From contig JAUSOQ010000038.1 in assembly GCA_030655755.1 (NCBI GenBank), forward strand, positions 5,451 through 69,450: DNA of 64,000 nucleotides, read 5' to 3'. The notes beneath the pieces are model-generated. The model saw only the letters and a program-made list of their open reading frames with translations. It searched no databases and was not told the DNA's origin. Position 1 is the first letter of the stretch; every line of letters starts with the position of its first letter. Source of the stretch: Coriobacteriia bacterium. Its GTDB lineage: Bacteria; Actinomycetota; Coriobacteriia; Anaerosomatales; Anaerosomataceae. The position numbers and the translations under genes were made by a program. Positions 48,178-57,489 of the stretch are shown in pieces.

Positions 48178-49656
48178 GTGACTGAAATGAACAAAGACAA
48201 CGAAGAACGTCTTGAGTCGCCGGAGGAGCTCGCGGCCATAACGCAGCCCGCTACACGCGATCCCTTCTCGACCGCGAAACGACTCGAAGCGGCGCGTGAG
48301 CTCGCACGCGCGCTTGCGGTGGCGCAGAACAACTCCTCGCTCTACCCGTCCACTCATCCGCTCGCTGTCGAGTCGATGAATGAGCTGGCGGGTGCCGTCA
48401 GCGCGATCATGGCCATGGGCTTTGAGGAAGTCACGCTCAACGTCTACAAGAGCACCCTGTTCATCGAGAACCACGTGCTGCCCGAGGAGAGTGTTACCTA
48501 CCGCAAGCTGATAGAGGACCTTCTCGCACGCGGTGTCTCGGCTGTCACCCTGAACGAGACCTTTGGACCGCAGGATGCGTCGGCATTCGCCGCCCTCCTC
48601 AACGCGAGCGAGATCCGGGACATCGATGCTGCACGAGACTACCTTGAGACAAGCGGCGCCCACGGCGTGATCGTGGCCGAGACGACCGAACTCGACGCTG
48701 CCAAGGAGGTCGAGGCCCGCGAGAACAAGGCCCGCGGCAAGGAATCATACGATTCCGGTGTGGAGCTTATGCACGACGTCGAGACGCAGGTGAAGCTCGG
48801 CAAGGTGTTCGAAGTGGAACCGTTGCAGCACCTGATCAGCAACCTCCTCAACACACTGTTCAAAGACCCGGCGGCGATCCTCGGCCTGACCGCCATCAAG
48901 AGCCACGACGACTACACACTCAACCACTCGATCAATGTCTGTATCCTTGCGCTGGCGCTCGGCGCCGCGCTCGGCCTGGACGCCGATTCGTTGAAGTCGC
49001 TGGGTCTCTCGGCGCTGCTATACGACCTTGGCAAAGTGCGCATTTCTGAGGACATCCTCAACAAGGAAGGCCCACTGAGTGCGGACGAGTGGCAGATCGT
49101 GAAGAGCCATGCTGCCGAGGGCGCGGACCTGCTCAAACGCATCCAACTCATCGACCAGATGCCGATGATCGTTGCCTACGAGCACCACCAGCGACACGAC
49201 CTCCAGGGCTACCCTGAGCTGAGCGAACCGCACGAGCAACATCTGTTCAGCAAGGTGGTCGCACTGTGCGACGCCTACGACGCGATGACGACACGTCGGC
49301 CATTCAGGCGCGAGATCCGTCCCGACAAGGCACTGGCGGTCCTGATGCAGGGCCGCAATAAAGCCTACGACCCTTCAGTCACCAAGGCACTCGTCGCGAT
49401 GCTCGGCATCTATCCGATGGGGGCGGTGGTGAGCCTGGACGACGGCTCGATCGCCGTCGTGTTCCGCGTGAACCGCGACGACCTCCTGCGCCCGCGCGTG
49501 AAGACGATCATCGACGCCAAGGGACGCTGGCTGGCGGAGTCAGAAGTCATCGACCTCAGGCTGATCGATCCGCAGACGGGCAAGTTCGCCATGTCGATCG
49601 ATGAGTGCGTACCAGCTGCCGAACACGGCATCGAAGACGTGTGGCAGTACCTGTAG
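48178..49656 (+). CDS. HD-GYP domain protein (putative c-di-GMP phosphodiesterase)
   Basis: HSINVCILALALG, LLYDLGK and EHHQRHDLQGYPE motifs. GAGGTG Shine-Dalgarno before GTG 48178. Confidence 0.88.
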   Translation: MTEMNKDNEERLESPEELAAITQPATRDPFSTAKRLEAARELARALAVAQNNSSLYPSTHPLAVESMNELAGAVSAIMAMGFEEVTLNVYKSTLFIENHVLPEESVTYRKLIEDLLARGVSAVTLNETFGPQDASAFAALLNASEIRDIDAARDYLETSGAHGVIVAETTELDAAKEVEARENKARGKESYDSGVELMHDVETQVKLGKVFEVEPLQHLISNLLNTLFKDPAAILGLTAIKSHDDYTLNHSINVCILALALGAALGLDADSLKSLGLSALLYDLGKVRISEDILNKEGPLSADEWQIVKSHAAEGADLLKRIQLIDQMPMIVAYEHHQRHDLQGYPELSEPHEQHLFSKVVALCDAYDAMTTRRPFRREIRPDKALAVLMQGRNKAYDPSVTKALVAMLGIYPMGAVVSLDDGSIAVVFRVNRDDLLRPRVKTIIDAKGRWLAESEVIDLRLIDPQTGKFAMSIDECVPAAEHGIEDVWQYL

Positions 49657-49695
49657 CGTAACGGCAGTACGCCGAGCGGCGTCGAGAGAAGCGAC

Positions 49696-49730
49696 AAGGC
49701 GGACCCGGGAAAGGGTCCGCCTTCTTTATT
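49696..49730 (+). terminator. Intrinsic terminator between convergent operons
   Basis: AAGGCGGACCC-GGGAAA-GGGTCCGCCTT followed by CTTTATT. Confidence 0.8.
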
Positions 49731-49749
49731 CGCGTACTGAGATCGTGTG

Positions 49750-50052
49750 CTACAGGCCGCCCTCGATCTCGGAGAAATCACTGTCGTCAGGCAAAGCGGT
49801 GTTGTCGAGCTCGCGCTGGATGGCCTCAAGCTCTTTCATGATGGCATCGTTATCGGAAGATCCGGAGTCCGGCTCAGCCGAAGCGTCATCCACTGTCGCG
49901 CTCTCCTCGGTCGGCGTTGCCACGCTCGATGGAGCGACCGCCTCGGGGACGGCCACTCCATCGTCAGGTACTGCTGTATCACGTGTGGCACATGCACTCA
50001 GACACACCATCGTGAGAGCGAGTGCCAATGCGATTGCGATAGCTCGTTTCAC
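49750..50052 (-). CDS. Small acidic lipoprotein
   Basis: MKRAIAIALALALTMVCLSAC lipobox. Asp/Glu/Ser-rich mature part. 4-nt overlap with the upstream gene. Confidence 0.65.
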   Translation of the reverse strand: MKRAIAIALALALTMVCLSACATRDTAVPDDGVAVPEAVAPSSVATPTEESATVDDASAEPDSGSSDNDAIMKELEAIQRELDNTALPDDSDFSEIEGGL

Positions 50053-50585
50053 TCAGAAACCGTTTCTCCCAGTCCGTCCAGCAGATCGCCGACCATGTCC
50101 TGCAGCATGCTTGCCGCAGTTCGAAGCTGATCACGGGACTGCTTCATGATGCGCACAGACTCACGCGCCTGCGAACGTGCCTGCGAGAACGCACCGCGTT
50201 TGTCCCCGGCATCCGGCACGCCCTTGAACATATTGGCGGCCAGCTGCTCCTGGACCCGGGCCTGTTCCATCGTCCGGACCGAGAGCTGCAACTGCTCGCG
50301 GATCGCGTCACAGTCGCCGCCCGCTGCTTCTACCTTGTCGCAGAGCTCGAGCAGACGCTCTTGGCTACGCTCGAGCATCGCAGCGTAGTTCTCGAACCGC
50401 AGCGCACGAAGCCGCAGCGCATTGATGACCCGCTGCTCGAACATTTGCGCATGTGCATCGGCGACCACAGTATTGGCTCTGCCGCTTGACGCTGGCGCAG
50501 CAAGCGCGATAGCGGGAACCAGCATCGCGATAGCGAGCACGCCAACGAAGAACCCTAGCGTGAGCTTCTTGGTCGTGATCCTCAT
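50049..50585 (-). CDS. Secreted all-helical protein of unknown function
   Basis: ATG 50585 after GAGGTGG. Signal peptide KKLTLGFFVGVLAIAMLVPAIALAAPA. Gln/Arg/Ala-rich helices. Lies downstream of the two-component system. Confidence 0.65.
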   Translation of the reverse strand: MRITTKKLTLGFFVGVLAIAMLVPAIALAAPASSGRANTVVADAHAQMFEQRVINALRLRALRFENYAAMLERSQERLLELCDKVEAAGGDCDAIREQLQLSVRTMEQARVQEQLAANMFKGVPDAGDKRGAFSQARSQARESVRIMKQSRDQLRTAASMLQDMVGDLLDGLGETVSE

Positions 50586-50711
50586 TCGTACCACCTCGTC
50601 CTCATGATAGCGTGTTGCGCACACCTACGAACATCTCATGGGTATATTGTCGGCCCCCGAAGTTGCCTACGTATTCAGTCAGTGTTGAGTTGGTGTTGAG
50701 CGTGAACGATC

Positions 50712-52127
50712 TCAGTGGTACGCAGGAAGCGATACGACGAAGCGGGATCCGCCGAAAGGTGAGTCATCCACACGGATCGTTCCGTCCATCAACTCCACAA
50801 GCCGCGCGCATATGGAAAGACCGAGGCCGGAACCACCCGTCTCGGCGCAACGCGATGGATCGAGACGCACGAAGCGTTCGAAGATGCGTTCGCGCTGCTC
50901 CACAGGAACTCCCGATCCAGAGTCATCCACCAGCAGCGACCAGCGGTCGTCCTCGCATGAAGACGAGATCCGCACCTGCCCGCCCTCCGGCGTGTAGGCG
51001 ATCGCGTTGGCCGTCAGTGCGCTCGCTATCTGAAGCAGTCGAGATTCGTCGCCGAGAGGGACCTGGCCATCGCAGGAGAGGTCATCCACTAAAAACTCGA
51101 TGTCCCGGCATCCGGCGACCGCTTCGTGTCGACTCCTGAGCGCCTCGGCAAGCGCTCCTGTATCGACAACGACCTCATCGAGTTCCAACCGGCCGGAGTC
51201 TATGTCAGCCAGAACGAGCAGGGTCTGGGTGAGTTCGGCCAGACGGCCCGCTTCGTCGCGGATCCCGGTGAGGAAGCGATGGCGAACGTCCGGCTCCGTC
51301 GCTGTCCCGTCGAGCATCGCGCCCGCGAAGCCGCTGATGGTGGTGATCGGGGTGCGCAGTTCGTGGGACACGTTGCCGACGAACTCCTTCTGAGCGCGGT
51401 ATACATCAGAGACTCGCGTGGACATGCGATTGAACGAGCGTGCAAGCGAAGCTACTTCATCCTCGCCCTCGACATCGACCTGTCGGCCCCATTCGCCGCG
51501 CGCAACCGCCTCAGCGCCCTGCTCCAGACGCAGAACCCGACCAGAGAGGCGCCGTGCGACCAACCCACCGGTCAGCCACGCCACTACTGTTGCGATCAAC
51601 GCCGAGATACCGAGAAGCACGAGGACACCCGCTTGCGCGCCGTTGATCTCGCGCACGGGTTGGAGCGCCAGGAGATACCCCCCTTGCTCGCCCTCGACCG
51701 GCGCGGCGACGACGACCGCACGCCCACCGCCCAACGCGGCGACAGCCGTGCGGACCCCGCGTTCGTCGGCTTCGCCGAGCACACCAAGGTCATAGCTTTT
51801 GGCAGTGTCCTTCTCCGAGGAGAGCAGGACCACGCCTTCATCATCGGTGACGACGAGTCTGGCGCCGATCAAGCCGGCCTGCACACGGAACAGGCGCACC
51901 CGTAGTTCTCCTGTTGCGCCGGAGTCACCGCTGCCGAGCTGTCCACCTGCTGAGAGCCCCGTGGCAAGCGCGGAGACCTGGCGGCCGAGTTCGGTGGTGC
52001 GATAGTCGACGGTGTAGCGAAGCCATGCCGCATAGAAGACGACGAAGACGACGGCGACCGAGATACCCGCGACGGCTAACATGCTCAGCCGTGTTCGAGT
52101 GACGAGCGAAGACGAGCGTGTCGACAT
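50712..52127 (-). CDS. Sensor histidine kinase (2 TM, HAMP, HisKA, HATPase)
   Basis: H-box FVGNVSHELRTPIT, N and G boxes (ALTANAIAYTPEGG, DDSGSGVP, GGSGLGLSI). Confidence 0.92.
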   Translation of the reverse strand: MSTRSSSLVTRTRLSMLAVAGISVAVVFVVFYAAWLRYTVDYRTTELGRQVSALATGLSAGGQLGSGDSGATGELRVRLFRVQAGLIGARLVVTDDEGVVLLSSEKDTAKSYDLGVLGEADERGVRTAVAALGGGRAVVVAAPVEGEQGGYLLALQPVREINGAQAGVLVLLGISALIATVVAWLTGGLVARRLSGRVLRLEQGAEAVARGEWGRQVDVEGEDEVASLARSFNRMSTRVSDVYRAQKEFVGNVSHELRTPITTISGFAGAMLDGTATEPDVRHRFLTGIRDEAGRLAELTQTLLVLADIDSGRLELDEVVVDTGALAEALRSRHEAVAGCRDIEFLVDDLSCDGQVPLGDESRLLQIASALTANAIAYTPEGGQVRISSSCEDDRWSLLVDDSGSGVPVEQRERIFERFVRLDPSRCAETGGSGLGLSICARLVELMDGTIRVDDSPFGGSRFVVSLPAYH

Positions 52128-52813
52128 CAGCCACCGTCCTTGCGGACCCGATATCCCACGCCTCTGACCGTCTCGATGAAGCGGGGAGCAGCAGCGTCAT
52201 CGCCCAGCTTCTCGCGCAGATGTCGGATGTGCACGTCGACACCACGCAGATCGACGAAGTCCGAGAAGCCCCATACCGCTTCGAGCAGGCGCTCTCTTGA
52301 GAAGACGACACCGGGGTCGCGCAGCATGGTGACCAGAAGGTCGAACTCCTTCGCTGTGAGAACGACCTCCTGCCCATCGACCTTTGTCTCGCGCCTTGCG
52401 GTGTCGAGCCACAATCCGCCATGGACATGCACGTGTTCGGCGCCGTCCGCCGCCGCAGTACGACGCATGACCGCCCGCACGCGGGCCACGAGCTCGGGCG
52501 GGCTGAACGGTTTGGTGACGTAGTCGTCTGCCCCGTCCTCGAGCAGCGAGATCTTCTCTAGCTCATCTGCGCGAGCAGTGAGCATGATGATGGGCACGGT
52601 GGAGCGCTTCCGGATCGACCGGCACACCTCGGCGCCGTCGATGCCCGGAAGCATGATGTCGAGGATGACGATATCGTACGGTTCGGCCAACACCGCCTCG
52701 AGCGCGGCAGCGCCGTCAGCAGCCTGCCCGACCTCGAAGCCGGCGGCTGACAGATAGACCGACACGAGGTCGCGGATCTTCGCCTCATCATCGACGACGA
52801 GCACTTTGGGCAT
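52127..52813 (-). CDS. OmpR-family response regulator
   Basis: KVLVVDDE...IVILDIMLPGIDG receiver and a winged-helix C-terminus RFIETVRGVGYRV. 1-nt overlap with the kinase gene. Confidence 0.95.
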   Translation of the reverse strand: MPKVLVVDDEAKIRDLVSVYLSAAGFEVGQAADGAAALEAVLAEPYDIVILDIMLPGIDGAEVCRSIRKRSTVPIIMLTARADELEKISLLEDGADDYVTKPFSPPELVARVRAVMRRTAAADGAEHVHVHGGLWLDTARRETKVDGQEVVLTAKEFDLLVTMLRDPGVVFSRERLLEAVWGFSDFVDLRGVDVHIRHLREKLGDDAAAPRFIETVRGVGYRVRKDGG

Positions 52814-52843
52814 CGTCTTCCCTTCGCCTCACGTGCGCCACAA

Positions 52844-52910
52844 GTGTACAGCGAGACTCGGGACCTGCGCACTGCGAGAGTGCGGCACTGACTTGCGAGT
52901 CGAAGTACAC
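52844..52910. promoter_or_regulatory. Imperfect inverted repeat GTGTAC..GACTCG / CGAGTC..GTACAC upstream of the two-component operon
   Basis: GTGTACAGCGAGACTCG (52844-52860) and CGAGTCGAAGTACAC (52896-52910). Also TCGCA/TCGCA/TCGCT repeats at about 21-23 nt spacing on the minus strand. Confidence 0.3.
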
Positions 52911-52992
52911 GAGGACATGGAACGGCCTTCAACGGCTACCCGCAGATCTGGGGACGCAAGCGCTGTGGACACCACGCCAGAGAAAAGGACCG

Positions 52993-53029
52993 CATAAACA
53001 GAAGAGCCGCCCGCATGGGACGGCTCTTC
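52993..53029 (-). terminator. Intrinsic terminator downstream of tRNA-Phe
   Basis: Minus strand GAAGAGCCG-N11-CGGCTCTTC followed by TGTTTATG. Confidence 0.7.
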
Positions 53030-53039
53030 GCGCGTTCTA

Positions 53040-53115
53040 TGGTGGCCAGAGACGGACTTGAACCGCCGACACGCGGATTTTCAATCCGCTGCTCTACCAA
53101 CTGAGCTACCTGGCC
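53040..53115 (-). tRNA. tRNA-Phe (anticodon GAA), CCA encoded
   Basis: GGCCAGGUAGCUCAGUUGGUAGAGCAGCGGAUUGAAAAUCCGCGUGUCGGCGGUUCAAGUCCGUCUCUGGCCACCA. Coordinates checked against the ORF 52936..53160 frame. Confidence 0.95.
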
Positions 53116-53223
53116 GTTGTGATGCTGAAACATGGTACCGACGGCGCGTTGCGCGGTCAAGGCAAGAGCTGTTCTCAGGCTAGAATAGGACAGAACGCAT
53201 CGCCACTGACGAAGGGAAACGTC

Positions 53224-53943
53224 ATGAACATGCGCTTGCGAACATCGGTTCTGGTTGCCATCGCGGTACTGGCAATAGCAGCGTCAATGACCACAGGTTG
53301 CTGCCCGCTGCTGGAGAGCGCCGCCCCCGACGCGCCGCTGATGCCGGCCGAGAAGCCTGCTGTGAATACGGAACCGACCCTCGATGAATGGGCGCGCTCT
53401 GACACGAAGACAGGAGAGTTCGAGCTGAGCACGGTGTACCCGGACGGTGTGAGCCTGACTCAGACGGGCGAGTTCTGGCTTGAAGGTGACAGGGTGCGCT
53501 ACGACCTGTACGAGGATGGCGTACTCATCCGCTCCATCATCTCCCCTGACGGCGCAGACGCGTTCTTCGCGCAGCATGCGGAGAAGATCTGCGAGCCTTC
53601 GGTCGCTGACGGCCCCTACTACCTCCGGCAGTTCTCGGTTCCTTCAAAAACCGCCATCGAGGACGGCGTCGACGATGAGACCGGCGCAGCCCGGATGAAA
53701 TACCTCCAGCAGGAGACCTACGCGATCGAAGGCTCCGCGAACGGCTGGTACTCCGAAGACATCACCTACCTGGTCGAAGACGGCACGGTAGTGGGCATCA
53801 TCACCCGCGGCTGTGTGCCCGAAAGCGATGGGACGGTCGGCGAACTTCAGACGTCACGACGCATCTTCACAAGCGTCGAGGTCGGCGGGGAGATTCCCGC
53901 AGGCACGTTCGACCTGCCGTATCCGGTGCAAAACGTCGACTGA
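53224..53943 (+). CDS. Exported protein / possible lipoprotein of unknown function
   Basis: ATG 53224 after GAAGGGAA. Signal peptide MNMRLRTSVLVAIAVLAIAASMTTGC. Confidence 0.7.
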   Translation: MNMRLRTSVLVAIAVLAIAASMTTGCCPLLESAAPDAPLMPAEKPAVNTEPTLDEWARSDTKTGEFELSTVYPDGVSLTQTGEFWLEGDRVRYDLYEDGVLIRSIISPDGADAFFAQHAEKICEPSVADGPYYLRQFSVPSKTAIEDGVDDETGAARMKYLQQETYAIEGSANGWYSEDITYLVEDGTVVGIITRGCVPESDGTVGELQTSRRIFTSVEVGGEIPAGTFDLPYPVQNVD

Positions 53944-55488
53944 TCACAGGCGGTTCAGCCGCTCCAGATAGCGCGAGTAGTCGGGGTCGCTCATGAATGA
54001 CCTTACGCGACGGTGTCCCACCGCGAGTGCGTGTACGGGCGCGAGCTTGTACTCCAGGTGCAGCCTCCCCCACCAGTAGAGGCGCCGCCATGGTCCGAAT
54101 CGCGCAAGGAACTTCCGCTGTGCTGTGCCCAGATGTCGCCAGCGCGCGAAAACGGCACGCACAGCCGTCAGGACGATACGTCGGACCGAGTAGAACGCCC
54201 GGTATTGCTCGGCCACCAGTTCCTGCATCTCGACCGGAGCCATCTTCCGGGGCTTGATCACGACATGCATACCGTCGTAGTACGCAAGGTCGTCCGTCTT
54301 CTCGAACAGCAACGCGTGGGCAGCCTCATGCACCCGGGTACGCTTGGTACCCGGAAGCGGCACTTCAAAAAGGTACTGGAGCGAGCTGACGTACTTGCGT
54401 GCGTACTCCCCGTTGCGGCGCACGGTCTCGCGCGTGTCATCGGCAAGCGCGATGAACATGCCGTGGATGACCAGCCCGGCGCGTTTCATCGCGCGCAGAG
54501 CTCGAGCAGTACGCTTGCTGTCGATGCCCTTGCCGAGTGACGCGAGACTCTCATCAGACGAGGATTCCACACCGATACACACGATGGTCACCGTGGCCGC
54601 CTTACGTAGAAGCTTCAGGAACTGCTTGTCGATCCGCCCATCGCCGGTGAATGCCGAATCTGCGCGGATCTGCGTCACCAGTGTGCGTGCAAAACCCCGC
54701 TCGGCCACAGAAGCCAGGAACTTCTCGAATGCTCCTTTGTTGGCGGCGGCGTTGTCGTCGACGAGGAAGGTGGTGGGATAACCGGCGTCTTGCGCCTGCA
54801 TGAGTTCGTCGAGCGCGTGCTCGTCACTTCGCACGACATAGCGAGGCCAGATCTCGCAGACTTCGCAGAAGTCACAACGGCTCGGACAGCCACGGGCCCG
54901 CCACGCCCACGCGACCGACGCCTGTTGTGCATCCAGCACGAGCGAGCGATCCACGAGCGGCAGGACATCGAGCTCCTCGTGCGAAAGCTGCCGCGACAAA
55001 GGGCCCTCGTGCAGACCGGCGTCATCACGCCAGATGAGACCATGGATGTCTTCGAGACGCTCGGCCGAATCTCCGAACAGGACCGCCAGTAGCCGGGGAA
55101 ACGTGAGTTCGGCCTCTCCCCGCAAGATGAAGTCAGCTTCAAGATCCAAGCTGCGCATCGGAGCGCACGTGGGCTCGGGTCCGCCGAACACGACTATGGC
55201 CTTCGGGTTCGCCTCACGTACTGCGGCAAGAAGCTCAGCCGTACGCGGCATGGTGCAGGTGATCGCCGAGAAGCCAACGACATCTGCCGACGCGACGAAC
55301 TCGCGGTCGACAGAACCTCTGCCGCTCACATCCTCCACGAACGCGCGAACATCGTAACCAGCGTCCCGAAGCACCGTTGCAAGAAGCGGCACACCGCGAC
55401 CCATGGCGACGTGGGAGTAGATATTGAGCCCGGGAGACCCGGCCTCGATGAGCGCGATGCGCTTAGAACAGCGTATGTCAAAAACCAA
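53944..55488 (-). CDS. B12-binding-domain radical SAM protein
   Basis: N-terminal cobalamin-binding-like domain (RIALIEAG...VVGFSAITCTM), radical SAM motif RGCPSRCDFCEV (CxxxCxxC), long helical C-terminus. Confidence 0.88.
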   Translation of the reverse strand: MVFDIRCSKRIALIEAGSPGLNIYSHVAMGRGVPLLATVLRDAGYDVRAFVEDVSGRGSVDREFVASADVVGFSAITCTMPRTAELLAAVREANPKAIVVFGGPEPTCAPMRSLDLEADFILRGEAELTFPRLLAVLFGDSAERLEDIHGLIWRDDAGLHEGPLSRQLSHEELDVLPLVDRSLVLDAQQASVAWAWRARGCPSRCDFCEVCEIWPRYVVRSDEHALDELMQAQDAGYPTTFLVDDNAAANKGAFEKFLASVAERGFARTLVTQIRADSAFTGDGRIDKQFLKLLRKAATVTIVCIGVESSSDESLASLGKGIDSKRTARALRAMKRAGLVIHGMFIALADDTRETVRRNGEYARKYVSSLQYLFEVPLPGTKRTRVHEAAHALLFEKTDDLAYYDGMHVVIKPRKMAPVEMQELVAEQYRAFYSVRRIVLTAVRAVFARWRHLGTAQRKFLARFGPWRRLYWWGRLHLEYKLAPVHALAVGHRRVRSFMSDPDYSRYLERLNRL

Positions 55489-55677
55489 CAGCCCCTAGGT
55501 AACACAAGCATCCGTCACGCAGACGAGAACACGAACGATCCGACGATGCAGACCGCCATAAGAGAGTACGTATCCGGTCATGCGAGTGACGAAACCACAG
55601 AAACGCCCGATGGTCCCCTGCGTGAGCCCGACGGCGTGGACATGCGCTTCGTCGCGTTCATCAGGCGCGGGTAGCGG

Positions 55678-56405
55678 CTACTCCGCCGTGTTGCGGGCGA
55701 CGTACTCGGCCACCGGTGTCAGCGACTTACCTGCCTTCGCCAGCGACGCACTGCGACCCGTCAGCCGGAAGACGCCGCCCTCGACCTCGTAGAGCACGAC
55801 GATTCCGCAGTCCACGGCCAGCTTGCCAAGACGCACGGTGTCTTTGGGGTCGAAGTTCCAGCCGCTCGGGCACGGGGTGTGTTCATGTGGATGTAGCGCA
55901 GGCCGTGGATACCCCGCGCCTTGACGACCTTGTCGTAGACGTCGGTAGGATACGCCGCCGAGGTGGACGCGACGTAGGGGATGTCGTGCGCCTCCATGAT
56001 GCGCGGCATGTCCTTGAGGTTCTCGCGCTTGCCTGCCCATGTCGTGGTGGTACGGGCGCCCTGCGGTGTGAGGCCGGAGCGCTGCGTACCGGTGTTCATG
56101 TACGCCTCGTTGTCGTAGCACACGTAGATGAAGTCGTCGTCTCTCTCAGTAGCGCCCGAAAGCGCCTGGATGCCGATGTCGCCCGTGCCGCCGTCGCCCG
56201 CCATGGCGAGTACGGTCATGTCGTCGGCACGGCCCATCGCGCGTAGACCGGCGGCGGTACCCGCAGCGGCAGCCGCAGTGCTGGGGAACGCGACGTTGAT
56301 CCACGGCACGTTCACCGAGGAGGTCGGGTACATGCCGCCAAGCACCGTGAGGCAGCTTGCGGGGACCGTCATGACCACGCGGCCTTCAAGCGCTTTGGTG
56401 ATCCA
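55678..56405 (-). pseudogene. porB: porB-like 2-oxoacid:ferredoxin oxidoreductase beta subunit remnant: N-terminus deleted, internal frameshift
   Basis: The TPP domain GDGGTGDIGIQALSGATERDDDFIYVCYDNEAYMNTG is intact, but the frame changes near 55872-55878 (YIHMNTP / CPSGWNFDP lie in different frames). The N-terminal Cys-x-x-Cys region is absent. Confidence 0.8.
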
Positions 56406-57420
56406 GTCTGGCTCGCGATCACGCAACCCCGTGTCGAGGTCGGCGATGGCGCGCCGAGTGGCGTCGGCGAGGTCCTCGGGCAAGACATCGCGACCGCCAA
56501 GGCCGCAGATGCAACCGAAGACAGCCGGGGACTTCTCGGCGGATTGAAGCGCAGCCTTGAGGTCAGTCGCGATGGGACCCTCGTAGCCGTAGCTGAGCGC
56601 CTTATCGAAGACGACCGCCAGCCGCTTGCCTGCAAGACGCGCGCGCAGCTCAGTGGCGGGGAACGGTCGATACGAGCGTATGCCGAGGACGCCCACGCGA
56701 GCGCCTCCAGCACAGCGCCGTGGTGCAGCGCACGGAACTCCATGTAGCCGGGACGCATGACGCCGTCAGCATCGGGTCGCGTGTCGGCGATGGTGACCGG
56801 CCCGATGTTGCGCGGATCGGCGGGGTCGACTATCTGCAGCGGGTCGGTGCGCGGGGGTAGGAACGCATCGATCTGCTCGGCGGAAGGAATGTCGACGGGC
56901 ATGACGGTGTGGGAGAGCAGAAAGCCGTCATAGCAAACCATCACCGGGACGTTGAGCCGCTCGGCGATGCGGTACGCCTGCACCGTGGTGTCCAATATCT
57001 CCTGGTTGTTGCGGCAGTAAAGTTGCACCCAACCGGCGTCGCGCACGCTCATCGAGTCCTGCTGGTCGTTCAGCACGTTCCACGGCGCGGCCATGGCACG
57101 GTTGGCGATGCACATCACGATGGGGAGGCGCGCACGGCGGCCCACCAGACCTGCTCGGTCATGTAGGCGAGGCCGTTGGCGGACGTGGCGGTGAAGACGC
57201 GCGCACCCACAGTGGACGCGGTGATGCAGACGGTGAGCGCCGAGTGCTCGGACTCGACGGTGACGAACTCGGCGGGCAACTCGCCGGACTCTACCCACGC
57301 CGAGAGCGTCTCGACGACGGGCGACTGCGGCGTGATGGGGTATGCGGCGATGACCTGCACGCGTGCGAGCTTTGTCGCGATGGCGGCTGCTTCGTTACCC
57401 GTGATGACCTTCATCGTCAT
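56406..57420 (-). pseudogene. porA: porA-like alpha subunit remnant: frameshift, internal deletion, fused in frame to the porB remnant
   Basis: The N-terminus MKVITGNEAAAIATKL...AYPITPQS...TATSANGLAYMTEQ stops at 57115. RLPIVMCIANRAMAAPWNVLNDQQD continues in another frame. About 55 residues are missing between ...HHGAVLEAL and VGVLGIRSYRPFP (near 56700-56725). Confidence 0.8.
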
Positions 57421-57489
57421 CGATTACTCCCTACCTCAAGACTGTCCGGACGATTGTACATGTCCCTCCAGTCGCCATCTGGACATCCG

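Noticed and set aside
57421-57489. Search for a direct repeat of the tRNA-Asp 3' end (an att site) that would delimit a genomic island
   Set aside because: Only a short partial resemblance was found (TCTCACTCCGGGC), and it is in the wrong orientation. No convincing repeat was found anywhere between 55.5 and 59.3 kb.
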